Virus record (IMG/VR): IMGVR_UViG_2911005044_000001
Source of the DNA: an uncultured virus (IMG/VR IMGVR_UViG_2911005044_000001)
Taxonomy: Duplodnaviria; Heunggongvirae; Uroviricota; Caudoviricetes
Length of the DNA: 64,000 nucleotides
Direction: 5' to 3' (one strand)
The notes under the pieces were generated by a model. That model saw only the letters and a list, made by a program, of their open reading frames with translations, searched no databases and was not told the origin of the DNA. Shown here piece by piece: positions 27,876-38,616 of the stretch. The stretch's first letter is position 1, and each line of letters starts with the position of its first letter. Both the position numbers and the translations under genes were made by a program.

Positions 27876-30377
27876 TTATTGTTTGTTTATTTCTGGCTTT
27901 AATCTAATGATTGATTTGTCTGTAACTAAATCACAAATGATTCTTGATTCTTGATTTACTTTCAAGATAAATTTTAATGGGTTCGAGTTTATATGCTGTT
28001 GCCAATCAAATCGAACTTTTTCGTCAGTGACGTCAGAGTATAAGATAATTGAATATGTGCCAGCATCAATCATACTCTCATACTCCAAAGTAGGCAGCAC
28101 TTCACCTTTTTCAAATATTAGGGTATGGTTATCGTTTTTGTATATATAGATACCTCCATTAAGAACTGATTCAATAATTTGTTTTCCAAATGCATTGGAA
28201 ACAAAAGATTGGATTGCATTTCCGAACCCTACTTGTTCTTGGCTATTATTAGGCATAACTATTTTGTCTACCTCAAAATAATCAGCACATAGTGATCTCA
28301 AGTAAGGGTTTTTTGCTCCACCTCCAGATATAATGACATAGTTAAAATCATCTCTTGATAAATTAGCCTCGTTTACTGTTTTATCGATACTACTTTTAAA
28401 TCCCTTAAAATTTTCGTTTCCATTAAAATAATTAGTCATTACATCATTAAACTCTGAATAACTAATATCAATCGAATTGTAATTACCGTAATCACGAGTA
28501 TTACATTGCTTATTTATTTCTGATTTAGATAATTCAGGTAAAGCATAATGTACTTGAGCGTCCGTCCTAACCGATTTACAAAATTCAAGTTTTAAATCTT
28601 CACAATTTTTTGAAATAAAATCATCATTAATAACTAGACTATTGTCCTTCTCAAATAGCCTGTTAGCGATTAGTCTATTAATAAGATTACCACCCATATT
28701 ACTATTTCTGTAGATAGCTAAATTTTCCGCAATGACGTTGTCAGAGTCTTTAACTAATCGAATGGCGCAACAATCAACCGTTCCTGCACCAACATCAATT
28801 ACCAAAATATTTAGGTCATCCTCTAAATCTAACGCAAGATTTTCTTGATGGATGGTTCCTAAAAGAGAAGAAACAGGCTCTTCTATAAAAGCAAATGTTC
28901 CTTCTTCATAGCCTGCCTGTATAATATAGCTTTCAAGAAGTTCTTTTTCTTTTAATCCATAATTAGCTGGAGTGCTAAAAGAATAACGCTTTTCAAAAGG
29001 TAATTGTTTATCGTTTATAATTTTATCAATCTCAGCTTTCAATCTCTTTAAAAAGACAATTAGAGCATCAGCGGCATTTTTAATGGGAAACTCAGCGTGA
29101 TCATAGAGTTTTGAAGTTGGGTAAGCATAACTTTTCAATTCTATTAGATTCTCTTTGAAGCCATACCAGCCATCAGTGCCTAAAGTCAAATCGGCTCTTC
29201 TCTCATTAGCATATTTACCTAATAAAAATCGGTTGTTTATTATTCCAATGATCGAAGGAACTATGGTACTACTAAAGGCAATTCCTAAATGATCTTTTTG
29301 TTCAATTTCAAGCAATTCCACTTTTAGCTTGTCATCTTGAACATAAGCTATGGAGCATACAGAACTAGATGTTCCGAAGTCTATTCCAATAAATGAACGA
29401 TCTGTTAGATTTTGTATTGAGTCTTTTAAATTGTCTAAAGGACGGTATATAGCATTAATTCCTATTTTATTGACTTCTTGCTTCTCTTTTGGCAAATTCT
29501 TGTTCAAAAGCGAAAAGTCATATTTAAGATGTTTGCGAGGCCACAAACCATCTGTTTTATTTAATAAATTCTCTCTTATAATTTGAGAAGGAATATAATT
29601 AATTGAAGTAACTGCAGAAGCACTTCTGTTTCCAGAGGTAGTGTTTTTGTTAATGTCCGGAAATTTGGCTTCAACCGCCTTTTCTAACTGCGCTATTTGC
29701 GATCTCACACTAGTTGTTAAGTCAACCAATAGTAGCGACGAAGCGTTTGGGATAAAATTAAAAATATCAAGAATATTATTTTCTAAAACTTGATATTCAT
29801 TTTGAGCGATTTCATTTATGCAATTTTGAATTACAACTAAATCCGCGCTATCAAACAGCGTTCTATTTGCGCTTACAACATTTGAATCAACGAGATCAAA
29901 TTGATGACTATTCCAGTGCAATGAGACATCGTTAAACCTATTTAATTCTGGTAACAAAAATCCAGTTAAAGCAGAATGGCTATAATTCCAAGTACCGGCA
30001 TTAATATCTAGAATATCAATGTTGATGTTTTTAATATTAGGGCAATATTCAAGAATATATTTTACGGTTCCGTAGGCTTCAGACCCTGGACCTCCACCAA
30101 TAAAAACAGCAGAAAAATCTGCTTTAGATTTCATTAACTGCAAATCTTGCTCTAAAAGTATCTTATAAATTAATTGATAATAATGAGGCAAATAGGTGAT
30201 TAAATAAGCACTTTGAATATTCTGTTTTGCATAATCTACGTAAACAGGTGGCGGTTTTCTATAGGAAGCTCGTAACTGTCTAACGTCTGGCTTTAAAGAT
30301 TGTAAGTAATCCTTAATTTCTAGTTGCTCATCATTTAATTCATCTATGGCTTCCACAATTTTATTGTAAACACTCAT
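27876..30377 (-). CDS. Fusion of class I SAM methyltransferase-like domain and Hsp70/DnaK-like ATPase
   Basis: N: AYLITYLPHYY, FIGGGPGSE, LVVIQNCINE; C: GIDFGTS, EEPVS, VIDVGAGTVD, GGNLIN, SGGGAKNP. Confidence 0.75.
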   Translation of the reverse strand: MSVYNKIVEAIDELNDEQLEIKDYLQSLKPDVRQLRASYRKPPPVYVDYAKQNIQSAYLITYLPHYYQLIYKILLEQDLQLMKSKADFSAVFIGGGPGSEAYGTVKYILEYCPNIKNINIDILDINAGTWNYSHSALTGFLLPELNRFNDVSLHWNSHQFDLVDSNVVSANRTLFDSADLVVIQNCINEIAQNEYQVLENNILDIFNFIPNASSLLLVDLTTSVRSQIAQLEKAVEAKFPDINKNTTSGNRSASAVTSINYIPSQIIRENLLNKTDGLWPRKHLKYDFSLLNKNLPKEKQEVNKIGINAIYRPLDNLKDSIQNLTDRSFIGIDFGTSSSVCSIAYVQDDKLKVELLEIEQKDHLGIAFSSTIVPSIIGIINNRFLLGKYANERRADLTLGTDGWYGFKENLIELKSYAYPTSKLYDHAEFPIKNAADALIVFLKRLKAEIDKIINDKQLPFEKRYSFSTPANYGLKEKELLESYIIQAGYEEGTFAFIEEPVSSLLGTIHQENLALDLEDDLNILVIDVGAGTVDCCAIRLVKDSDNVIAENLAIYRNSNMGGNLINRLIANRLFEKDNSLVINDDFISKNCEDLKLEFCKSVRTDAQVHYALPELSKSEINKQCNTRDYGNYNSIDISYSEFNDVMTNYFNGNENFKGFKSSIDKTVNEANLSRDDFNYVIISGGGAKNPYLRSLCADYFEVDKIVMPNNSQEQVGFGNAIQSFVSNAFGKQIIESVLNGGIYIYKNDNHTLIFEKGEVLPTLEYESMIDAGTYSIILYSDVTDEKVRFDWQQHINSNPLKFILKVNQESRIICDLVTDKSIIRLKPEINKQ

Positions 30378-30997
30378 TAGCTTACAATAGTTCTAAACGT
30401 TAGATTTATCCTTGAATCAGTTATTCTTTTCTGAACAGGAACTTGATGCAGCCAATTGTGCTGTAAAGCACCCTTCATAATGACTAAAGAACCTGGAAGC
30501 AACTCTAATTGAAGTTTCTGATTAGGATCTGATTTGTGTTTTAAGTCAAAACGTCTAGTAGCACCTAGGCTTACTGATGCAATCAATGGGTTTATACCTA
30601 GGCCTTTTTCGTCATCTGCGTGCCAGCTTACTTTATCACTGCCGTCTCTGTATAAGTTAAGCAGTACACTATTAAAATCTGACTCGGGCAAAAAACTTTC
30701 TATAACCCTTTTAATACCCAGCAATTCTTTAGTCCAAGGTTCTGGATTACATAAAATTCCTGAGTATTTATAGTTAAAACCTTCATAACCGTACCAAGCT
30801 GTTTTGCGCGGCACAGGATAGGTTTTACCATACATTTTTATCTCTTCTTGTCGCCAGTTAATAGTCTCCACAAATTTTTTGAAATAGCTATTAGCTTTGT
30901 CAAGAGGTATAAAATTTTCCATATACCAAATCTCGCCATCCAATAAATCTATTTTCTTGAACTCTCGTTCTTTTGGCGTCTGATTAAATAAATCCAT
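30377..30997 (-). CDS. alkB: AlkB-family 2OG-Fe(II) dioxygenase (ALKBH2/3-like)
   Basis: PRKTAWYG, LLNLYRDGSDKVSWHADDE, H.VP, RINLTFR. Confidence 0.9.
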   Translation of the reverse strand: MDLFNQTPKEREFKKIDLLDGEIWYMENFIPLDKANSYFKKFVETINWRQEEIKMYGKTYPVPRKTAWYGYEGFNYKYSGILCNPEPWTKELLGIKRVIESFLPESDFNSVLLNLYRDGSDKVSWHADDEKGLGINPLIASVSLGATRRFDLKHKSDPNQKLQLELLPGSLVIMKGALQHNWLHQVPVQKRITDSRINLTFRTIVS

Positions 30998-31117
30998 AAA
31001 GCAATACTAGGTTAATTGGTATATCTAAAATTTAAGAGAACAAAGTAATAAATATTCCACACATATTCCTTAAATTGTCCAATATTTGTCAAGTCTTTTA
31101 ATGAAAACTTTACTAAG

Positions 31118-31396
31118 ATGATAGGTGAACACATACGAACACTGAGAGAAGCTAATGATATCCTATTGCGGCAGCTGGCTGCAAAGTTAGAGATGGATCA
31201 AGCAATGTTGAGCAAGATGGAACGTGGCGAGCGTTCCTTTAGAAGAGAAGATATAGATGCACTTGCAAAAATCTTTAAACAGCCTAAGAAAGAACTCCTT
31301 ACGCTATGGCTAGCAGACAAGATTTTAAAAACTACAGAAAACCAACGCTACAAAAAAGAAGCATTACAACTGGCTATTGACCAGTTTGATAATTAA
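31118..31396 (+). CDS. XRE-family HTH regulator (controller-like) upstream of mod
   Basis: LRQLAAKLEMDQAMLSKMERGER. Confidence 0.85.
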   Translation: MIGEHIRTLREANDILLRQLAAKLEMDQAMLSKMERGERSFRREDIDALAKIFKQPKKELLTLWLADKILKTTENQRYKKEALQLAIDQFDN

Positions 31397-31405
31397 GATA
31401 CAGGT

Positions 31406-33259
31406 ATGAGTGAAAAACTAGATATGACAAGCCCAGACCTTGTTAACGCCAATTTTGAAAAACTAGCAGAACTATTCCCTAACTGTGTGACCGAAAGTGC
31501 TACAGGAAAAGCCATAGACTTTGACCTTTTAAAACAAGAGTTAAGTCACGACATCATAGAAGGTAACAAAGAACGCTACCGCCTAGAATGGCCAGGTAAA
31601 CGTGAAGCCATTGTAACCGCAAACTTACCTACTACAAAAACCCTAAGACCTATACGTGAGGACTCTGTAGACTTTGACAATACAGAAAACCTGTATATAG
31701 AAGGTGATAATCTGGAAGTATTAAAGCTGCTGCAAGAAAGCTACTTGGGTAAGATTAAAATGATTTACATAGATCCACCATATAACACAGGTAAGGACTT
31801 TGTCTATAAAGATAATTTTACGGGCGATAAAACCGAGCACGAAGAAGAAAGTGGGCAACGTGATGAGTATGGAAGACGTCTTGTACCCAATCCAGAAAGC
31901 TCAGGACGATACCATAGTGACTGGCTCACAATGATGTACCCAAGATTAAAGCTTGCGCGAAATTTACTAACCGATGATGGCGTGATTTTCATTTCCATTG
32001 ATGATAATGAGGTTGATAACCTTAGAAAACTTTGTGATGAAACTTTCGGAAATGTGAACTTCATAGGGCAATTAATTTGGAAAAGTCGTCAAAACAAGGA
32101 TAATAGAAATATTAATGGTCTTTCTTCAGATCACGAATATATCCTTGTCTATTCTAGAAGTAGTGATGTTAGAGTTTTCAAGGGAACAGAAAGAAAAACA
32201 GAACAATATAAGAATCCTGATAAAGATCCTAGAGGAAAATGGGTTAGCGGAAATATGGTTGGACTATTACCTGAAGCTCAACGTCCGAATTGTCATTATG
32301 AATTATTGAATCCTGAGACAGGGATTATTTATGATAAGCCTAAAATGGGTTGGCGATATGATCAGAAAACAATGTCTAGGCTAATAGAAGAAAAAAGAAT
32401 TTTATGGCCTGAAAATGTTGATGGTAGACCTAGACGTAAAGTTTTTCTAGCCGATGTTAGTAAAGAATTACCAAATTTCACATCGATGATTGGCGAAGGA
32501 ATTTATACACGAAATGGCACTCAGGATATTGATGAGCTTTTTGGTGACAAATATTTTGATTTTCCAAAGCCTAAAGATTTGATTGAAATTTTAATATCTC
32601 AAACCACCGAAAATTCAGAAAATCATATTGTACTAGATTTTTTTGCAGGATCTTCTACGTCGGCACATTCTGTAGTTTCAATCAATTCAAATGATAACGG
32701 TAATCGTAAGTTTATTCAAGTCCAATTACCTGAGGCAATAGATACAAAGGGTAAAGCATACTCGGAAGGATATCGTAGTATTTGTGATATTGGGAAAGAG
32801 CGCATCCGCAGAGCAGCCAAACAGATTAAAGAAAAAACCAAAGCAAATATAGATTACGGCTTTAGAGTCTACAGACTTGATGAGAGTAATATGCAAGATG
32901 TGTATTATAAACCACAGGAGTATGACCAAGGGCAGCTGGATGCGTTCTCAGATAATGTAAAACCAGACCGCAGCTCAGACGACTTACTGGTACAAATACT
33001 ACTAGATTGGGGCTTGCCTTTATCCTTACCTATTGAGCAAGTGACCATTGAAGGCAAGCACGTATTTAAAGTAGCGAGCAACTCACTCTATGCGTGTTTT
33101 GATACTGGTATAGATGAAGCTTTCGCGAAAGCGGTAGCCCAAGAAAAACCATTGCGCATTGTATTTAAAGACAGTGGCTTTAAAAATGATACCGCCAAAG
33201 AAAATGTAAAACAACTACTCAAACAATTGAGTCCAGATACCGAAATGAAAGTATTATAA
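31406..33259 (+). CDS. mod: Type III restriction-modification methyltransferase subunit
   Basis: IEGDNLEVLK, IYIDPPYNTG, HSDWLTMMYPRL, FPKP, LDFFAGS. Confidence 0.95.
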   Translation: MSEKLDMTSPDLVNANFEKLAELFPNCVTESATGKAIDFDLLKQELSHDIIEGNKERYRLEWPGKREAIVTANLPTTKTLRPIREDSVDFDNTENLYIEGDNLEVLKLLQESYLGKIKMIYIDPPYNTGKDFVYKDNFTGDKTEHEEESGQRDEYGRRLVPNPESSGRYHSDWLTMMYPRLKLARNLLTDDGVIFISIDDNEVDNLRKLCDETFGNVNFIGQLIWKSRQNKDNRNINGLSSDHEYILVYSRSSDVRVFKGTERKTEQYKNPDKDPRGKWVSGNMVGLLPEAQRPNCHYELLNPETGIIYDKPKMGWRYDQKTMSRLIEEKRILWPENVDGRPRRKVFLADVSKELPNFTSMIGEGIYTRNGTQDIDELFGDKYFDFPKPKDLIEILISQTTENSENHIVLDFFAGSSTSAHSVVSINSNDNGNRKFIQVQLPEAIDTKGKAYSEGYRSICDIGKERIRRAAKQIKEKTKANIDYGFRVYRLDESNMQDVYYKPQEYDQGQLDAFSDNVKPDRSSDDLLVQILLDWGLPLSLPIEQVTIEGKHVFKVASNSLYACFDTGIDEAFAKAVAQEKPLRIVFKDSGFKNDTAKENVKQLLKQLSPDTEMKVL

Positions 33260-35026
33260 ATGGCGTTACCTATAAACATAAACGACTTAGTACACGGGCA
33301 AACCGTAGAATGGGAACGCCTAGAGTTTAAACAAGGCTGGAATCCAGAAGAGATTGTACATACTATTTGCGCATTTGCAAATGATATTAATAATTGGGGT
33401 GGCGGTTACATTATAGTCGGTATTACAGAAAATGCAGGACAGCCTGTGTTGCCACCTGCAGGTTTACAGCAAAATCAGTTAGACCAGATACAAGGTGAGA
33501 TTGTGAGGTTAGCCCATCAGCTACAACCCAATTATTTCCCTATAAGTCAACCGTATGTTATAGACGGGCAGCACATTTTAGTATTATGGTGTCCTGCGGG
33601 AGATAACAGACCTTACACGGCACCATCTACTCAAGGTGGTAAGGCGCAACGCCATAGGTATGTACGCTCAGGTTCGCGCAGTATTGTCGCAAGAGGTGTA
33701 CTAGATGTACAACTTACAGAGCTTGCGGCGCGTATTCCTTTTGATGATCGTATTAATAATCAAGCGAGTATAGATAATCTGGATCTTGCAACCATACAAG
33801 GGTATTTACAAGAAGTTAAGAGTGACTTATATGCAGAGAGCACAAGTATGTCACTTACAGAAGTCGCGCGTGCAATGCGCATTGCAAAAGGTCCAGACGA
33901 AGCGATACGTCCTGTTAATGTGGGATTGCTTTTCTTCTCTAAAACACCTGAAGCTTTTTTCCCGAGAACCCAAATAGAAATTGTGGTTCATAAGGATGAT
34001 ACAGGCAAGTCTTTTAAAGAACATATTTTTAATGGACCATTGCACGTACAGTTACGTGACGCGCTATCTTTTATAAAAAACAACATTTTAAGTGAGCAAA
34101 TTGTAAAACATAAAGACAAAGCTGAGGCAGATCGTTTTGAGAATTACCCATATACCGCTATTGAAGAAGCGTTATCTAATGCGGTCTATCATAAAAGCTA
34201 TGAGATAGGTAGTCCTATCGAGGTACAGATATGGCAAGACAAAATAGAAATATTAAGCTATCCTGCGCCAGTACCACCTGTTACTAATAAAGTACTAGAA
34301 ACTAAAAAACGTATAGTTGCCAGAGATTATAGAAATAGACGCATAGGTGATTTTCTAAAAGAGTTAAGACTTACTGAAGGTAGAGGAACTGGTTTTCCTT
34401 CTATATATAATGCAATGGAAGAAAATGGCAGTCCTGCACCTACGTTTGAAACAGATGATGAAAGTTATGTGCTTGTAACACTTCCTGCACGAGTAAATGA
34501 CCAAGCTCGTGACCAAGAACAAACTCCTACTACTAATGAAGCTACTAACCAAGTTAAAGTTCCTGTTTTCAATACAATAGAAGATATTATTGCTTTTAGT
34601 AACCAAGTTAGTAACCAAGTTAGTAACCAAGCTAAAGGTGAAGCTACTGTCCAAGTTAATGACCAAGCTAGTGTCGGAGCTAGTGTCGGAGCTCAAGCTA
34701 GTGATAGTGAGGATTCTATTGATTTAAGAAATCTTACAGACGGAGCTCGGGACGGAGCTCGAGACGGAGCTCTTAAAATACTTAATGACCAAGTTCATAC
34801 AGAAGTTGTTGCGATACTTACTGCAGTAAAGCAATGGACTAAAAGAACCGAATTATTTGATAGCATAGGCTTAACGAATCGAACAGGGAATCGTAAAAAA
34901 TATTTAGACCCATTATTTGAGTTTGGATGGATACAAATAGAGTTCCCGGATAATATGACACATCCTAACCAACGCTATAAAATAACCGCAGCAGGAAAAC
35001 GAATTTTAGACCTTATAACAGCATAA
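33260..35026 (+). CDS. Schlafen/AlbA_2 + RecG-C (HATPase_c_4)-like + winged-HTH protein inserted between mod and res
   Basis: EWERLEFK..ICAFAN..GGGYIIVG; EALSNAVYH; EGRGTGF; C-terminal PNQRYKIT. Confidence 0.85.
   Translation: MALPININDLVHGQTVEWERLEFKQGWNPEEIVHTICAFANDINNWGGGYIIVGITENAGQPVLPPAGLQQNQLDQIQGEIVRLAHQLQPNYFPISQPYVIDGQHILVLWCPAGDNRPYTAPSTQGGKAQRHRYVRSGSRSIVARGVLDVQLTELAARIPFDDRINNQASIDNLDLATIQGYLQEVKSDLYAESTSMSLTEVARAMRIAKGPDEAIRPVNVGLLFFSKTPEAFFPRTQIEIVVHKDDTGKSFKEHIFNGPLHVQLRDALSFIKNNILSEQIVKHKDKAEADRFENYPYTAIEEALSNAVYHKSYEIGSPIEVQIWQDKIEILSYPAPVPPVTNKVLETKKRIVARDYRNRRIGDFLKELRLTEGRGTGFPSIYNAMEENGSPAPTFETDDESYVLVTLPARVNDQARDQEQTPTTNEATNQVKVPVFNTIEDIIAFSNQVSNQVSNQAKGEATVQVNDQASVGASVGAQASDSEDSIDLRNLTDGARDGARDGALKILNDQVHTEVVAILTAVKQWTKRTELFDSIGLTNRTGNRKKYLDPLFEFGWIQIEFPDNMTHPNQRYKITAAGKRILDLITA
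34495..34771 (+). repeat. In-frame 12-bp tandem repeats in the linker of the AlbA protein
   Basis: TAGTAACCAAGT x~3 (NQVS), AGTGTCGGAGCT x2, GACGGAGCTCG(G/A) x~3 (DGAR). Confidence 0.8.
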
Positions 35027-38000
35027 TGAAATTACAATTTAAAGAACAACAGTTTCAGGTAAACGCTGTAAAAGCAGTGGTAGATTGTTTTGAAGGTCAA
35101 GCTCTCAAGACAAATACATTTACATTAGAAAAAAGTAAGGAGCTCCTGCGCAAGGCAAAACAAGCCAGTAGTACAGAAATGACACTGCAGTTAGAGTCAG
35201 AACTGGATGAAGCCATAGGCTATCGTAACAGCACTATACAAATTACAGAATCGCAGATGCTTAAAAACATTAATGCGGTACAGCAACGTAATGAGTTGCT
35301 AGAAAGTGAGCAGATAGAACGACCTAAAAAAGTAAAATTAGGGTACAATCTTACTATAGAGATGGAGACAGGTACTGGGAAAACTTACACCTACATACGC
35401 ACAATGTATGAGCTTCACGCAAAATATGGCTGGAGTAAGTTTATAGTCATAGTACCTAGTATTGCCATACGAGAAGGCGTTTACAAATCTTTTGAGGTTA
35501 CTCAAGAACACTTTCAAGAGAAGTTCGGCCATAAAATAAAGCCATTCATTTACAACTCTAGTCGTCCCCAAGATATAGAAACCTTTGCGTCAGATAATCG
35601 CATAAGCGTTATGATTATTAATACCCAAGCATTTAATGCGCGTGGTAAAGATGCAAGACGTATTTATCAAGAGCTGGATGATTTCGGAACCAGAAAGCCT
35701 ATCGAGATTATAGCGCAAACTAATCCTATACTCATCATAGACGAGCCACAATCTGTAGATGGTGTGCGCACGTTAGAGAGTATGCAGGATTTTAATCCGC
35801 TGTTTACCTTGAGGTATTCTGCGACTCATAAGGTGGAGTATAATAAAGTATATCGCTTAGATGCGCTAGATGCATACCAGAAAAAACTGGTAAAGAAAAT
35901 TCAGGTAAAAGGAATCAACTTAAAAGGCTCTACAGGAACTACTGGATATATCTATGTAGAACAAATCTCATTGAGTAATTCTAAACCGCCTGTAGCACTC
36001 GTAGAATATGAACAACGCAGTGGTACAGCAGTAAAAAGAGTGCGTAAAAAATTAGAAAAAGGGGCCAACTTATATGAGCTCTCTGGAGATATGCCACAGT
36101 ATAAAAACTGTGTCATTCAAGAAGTAGACGGTTATTTTAATAAGATTGTAGTAAATGGAGAAGATATTTATGCTGGAGACGCTGTAGGCGATCTGGACGA
36201 AAAAGATTTTAGACGTATTCAAATAAGAGAAACCATTTACTCGCACTTACAAAAGGAGAAAGCCCTTTTTGGGAGTGGCATAAAAGTATTGTCACTGTTC
36301 TTTATAGATTCTGTAGACAAATACCGTGTCTATGATGATGAAGGCGAGCAGCTTTTAGGAGAATATGCTCAAATCTTTGAAGAAGAATATAATAATGCGC
36401 GTAGTGAGTTTTTAGATCTTTTTAATCAGGAATACAACGATTATTTAAAAGACACCAATCCTAGTGCAGTTCATAAAGGTTATATGCCAGGAACCTTTGG
36501 TGCTTATCTTAAACGAGATAATGCTGAGGATGTACACGATGGCTATTTCTCTATTGATAAAAAGAAAAAGTTTGTAGATCCTACGGTAAAACGTGGCAAG
36601 GAAGACTCAGATGATATTTCGGCATACGATCTTATAATGAAAGACAAAGAGCGCCTGCTTAGTTTTGAAGAACCTACACGTTTTTTATTCTCGCATTCTG
36701 CTTTAAAGGAAGGATGGGATAACCCTAATGTATTTCAAATTTGTGCATTAAAACATAGTGATGCCACAATAAGACGTCGTCAAGAAGTAGGACGTGGTAT
36801 GCGTTTATGCGTTAATAAAAATGGAATACGTCAAGATTTTGATACCGTGGGCGAGCAAGTACACGATATCAATAAATTAACCGTAATCGCATCAGAGAGT
36901 TATGAAGCTTTCGCGAAAGGGTTACAATCAGAAATTGCAGCAACTTTAAAAGGAAGACCACAAAAAGCCGAAGTGGAATACTTCCTAGGTAAAGTGGTGA
37001 AAAATGAAAAAGGAGATGAACATAGAATAGATGATTTAGAAGCAAAACAACTCAATAAATTTCTTTACAAGAATGACATTCTTGATGACGACGATAAAAT
37101 CACTAAGGAAGGACGAGAACTTATAGAACAAGGTAAAGTCCCATTGCCTGAAGCGTTAGAAAGCTTTCGCGAAAGCGTAACACAATTATTAAAAGCAGTC
37201 TATACAGGCGAGGCTTTAATGCCCGAAAACGACAGAGAAACTATTGTGGTGCGAACCAATAAGAACTTTAAGAAAAAAGAATTCCAGGAACTGTGGAACA
37301 AAATTAATCTCAAAACTATTTACGAGGTTCAATTTAATAGTGAGAAGCTCATTACAGATAGCACTATTAAAATTAATGCAGACTTACATATCGCAGACCG
37401 CATTTACCAAGTTAAGACAGGAGAACTAGAAGACGGCTCTATGGCCGATATGAAAGAAGGAACTTTGTTTAAGGAAATTAATAGCGAGAATAATCGAATT
37501 AAAACAAATATTTATACGGACACAGTTTATGACATTGTGGGTGAAATAGTAAACGCTACAAATCTTACTAGAAAAACAGTTGTAGCCATTCTAAAATCTA
37601 TAAAACAAGAAAAATTTGTGCTGGTTAGAAAGAATCCAGAAGAGTTTATCGCAAAATGTGGGAAGCTCATAAATGAGGTGAAAGCAAGTATGATTATCAA
37701 TAATATCGTCTATCATAAAACCGAAGAGCGCCACGATTCTAAAACAGTATTTACTAACGATAAGTACAGTATGCGTCAGTCAGATCCACTTACTAAGCAT
37801 ATCTACGATTATCTAACTACAGATTCTGGTGTAGAAACACGATTTGCAGCTGCGCTAGAAAATAGCACTGAAGTTACTGTGTATGCAAAATTACCCAAGA
37901 GCTTTTACATCACAACGCCAGTAGCAAACTACAGTCCAGACTGGGCTATCGTTTTTGATAAGGAAAAAGTACGTGAGATATATTTTGTTGCAGAAACAAA

Positions 38001-38151
38001 AGGATCAGATTCAGACCAAGATTTAAGGGAGATTGAACGCTTAAAAATTCATTGTGCGAAGGTACATTTTAATGAAATAAGTGACAAAGAAGTGACTTTT
38101 GATAGAGTGAGTAGCTATGATAAATTGTTAGAAATTATAGAATTAAGGTAG
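35026..38151 (+). CDS. res: Type III restriction endonuclease subunit
   Basis: EMETGTGKT, IIDEPQ, RYSATH, EGWDNPNVFQ, QEVGRGMR, YSPDW...VAETKG. Confidence 0.95.
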   Translation: MKLQFKEQQFQVNAVKAVVDCFEGQALKTNTFTLEKSKELLRKAKQASSTEMTLQLESELDEAIGYRNSTIQITESQMLKNINAVQQRNELLESEQIERPKKVKLGYNLTIEMETGTGKTYTYIRTMYELHAKYGWSKFIVIVPSIAIREGVYKSFEVTQEHFQEKFGHKIKPFIYNSSRPQDIETFASDNRISVMIINTQAFNARGKDARRIYQELDDFGTRKPIEIIAQTNPILIIDEPQSVDGVRTLESMQDFNPLFTLRYSATHKVEYNKVYRLDALDAYQKKLVKKIQVKGINLKGSTGTTGYIYVEQISLSNSKPPVALVEYEQRSGTAVKRVRKKLEKGANLYELSGDMPQYKNCVIQEVDGYFNKIVVNGEDIYAGDAVGDLDEKDFRRIQIRETIYSHLQKEKALFGSGIKVLSLFFIDSVDKYRVYDDEGEQLLGEYAQIFEEEYNNARSEFLDLFNQEYNDYLKDTNPSAVHKGYMPGTFGAYLKRDNAEDVHDGYFSIDKKKKFVDPTVKRGKEDSDDISAYDLIMKDKERLLSFEEPTRFLFSHSALKEGWDNPNVFQICALKHSDATIRRRQEVGRGMRLCVNKNGIRQDFDTVGEQVHDINKLTVIASESYEAFAKGLQSEIAATLKGRPQKAEVEYFLGKVVKNEKGDEHRIDDLEAKQLNKFLYKNDILDDDDKITKEGRELIEQGKVPLPEALESFRESVTQLLKAVYTGEALMPENDRETIVVRTNKNFKKKEFQELWNKINLKTIYEVQFNSEKLITDSTIKINADLHIADRIYQVKTGELEDGSMADMKEGTLFKEINSENNRIKTNIYTDTVYDIVGEIVNATNLTRKTVVAILKSIKQEKFVLVRKNPEEFIAKCGKLINEVKASMIINNIVYHKTEERHDSKTVFTNDKYSMRQSDPLTKHIYDYLTTDSGVETRFAAALENSTEVTVYAKLPKSFYITTPVANYSPDWAIVFDKEKVREIYFVAETKGSDSDQDLREIERLKIHCAKVHFNEISDKEVTFDRVSSYDKLLEIIELR

Positions 38152-38154
38152 TAT

Positions 38155-38610
38155 ATGGCAAATGAAGTAACTATTTATTTTGACAGTCCAAAGGATTTTG
38201 TTCCTGAGAATATAAGACCGCTCAATGGTATTGCGGGACTGTACTTCATTTTTAGTAAATCCATAGATATTAACTATCCGTTTGATGTTTCTAAGTTACT
38301 CTACATTGGGATGAGTGAGAAAAAGACAAATAGTATAGGTAGCAGACTTATTGGCCATTATGACGGCAAATCGAAAAACGTTGGGCTATCTAGTTATAGA
38401 GCAGTTGAACCGCTTTTTTTCACTTATATCAATTTTGAAATGTTGCGCAGCATTTGGGATTTCAGAGTTGAAGATTTAGAAAGTTATTTTTTGCTTGATT
38501 TTGTAGATAAATATGGAGTGTACCCTATTTGTAACAACAAAACAGGATACGAAATATTAAAAAACGAATTGATTACCAGTTTTAAAATAGACTGGGAATA
38601 TTTTAAATAG
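38155..38610 (+). CDS. GIY-YIG-like nuclease
   Basis: GLYFIF..LLYIGMS..IGSRL..E..P.CN. Confidence 0.55.
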   Translation: MANEVTIYFDSPKDFVPENIRPLNGIAGLYFIFSKSIDINYPFDVSKLLYIGMSEKKTNSIGSRLIGHYDGKSKNVGLSSYRAVEPLFFTYINFEMLRSIWDFRVEDLESYFLLDFVDKYGVYPICNNKTGYEILKNELITSFKIDWEYFK

Positions 38611-38616
38611 TAACCT

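Noticed and set aside
27876..29400. Housekeeping dnaK
   Set aside because: Highly divergent, fused to an MTase-like domain, no grpE/dnaJ nearby
31406..33259. Phase-variable mod (phasevarion)
   Set aside because: No simple-sequence repeat tract seen in or upstream of mod
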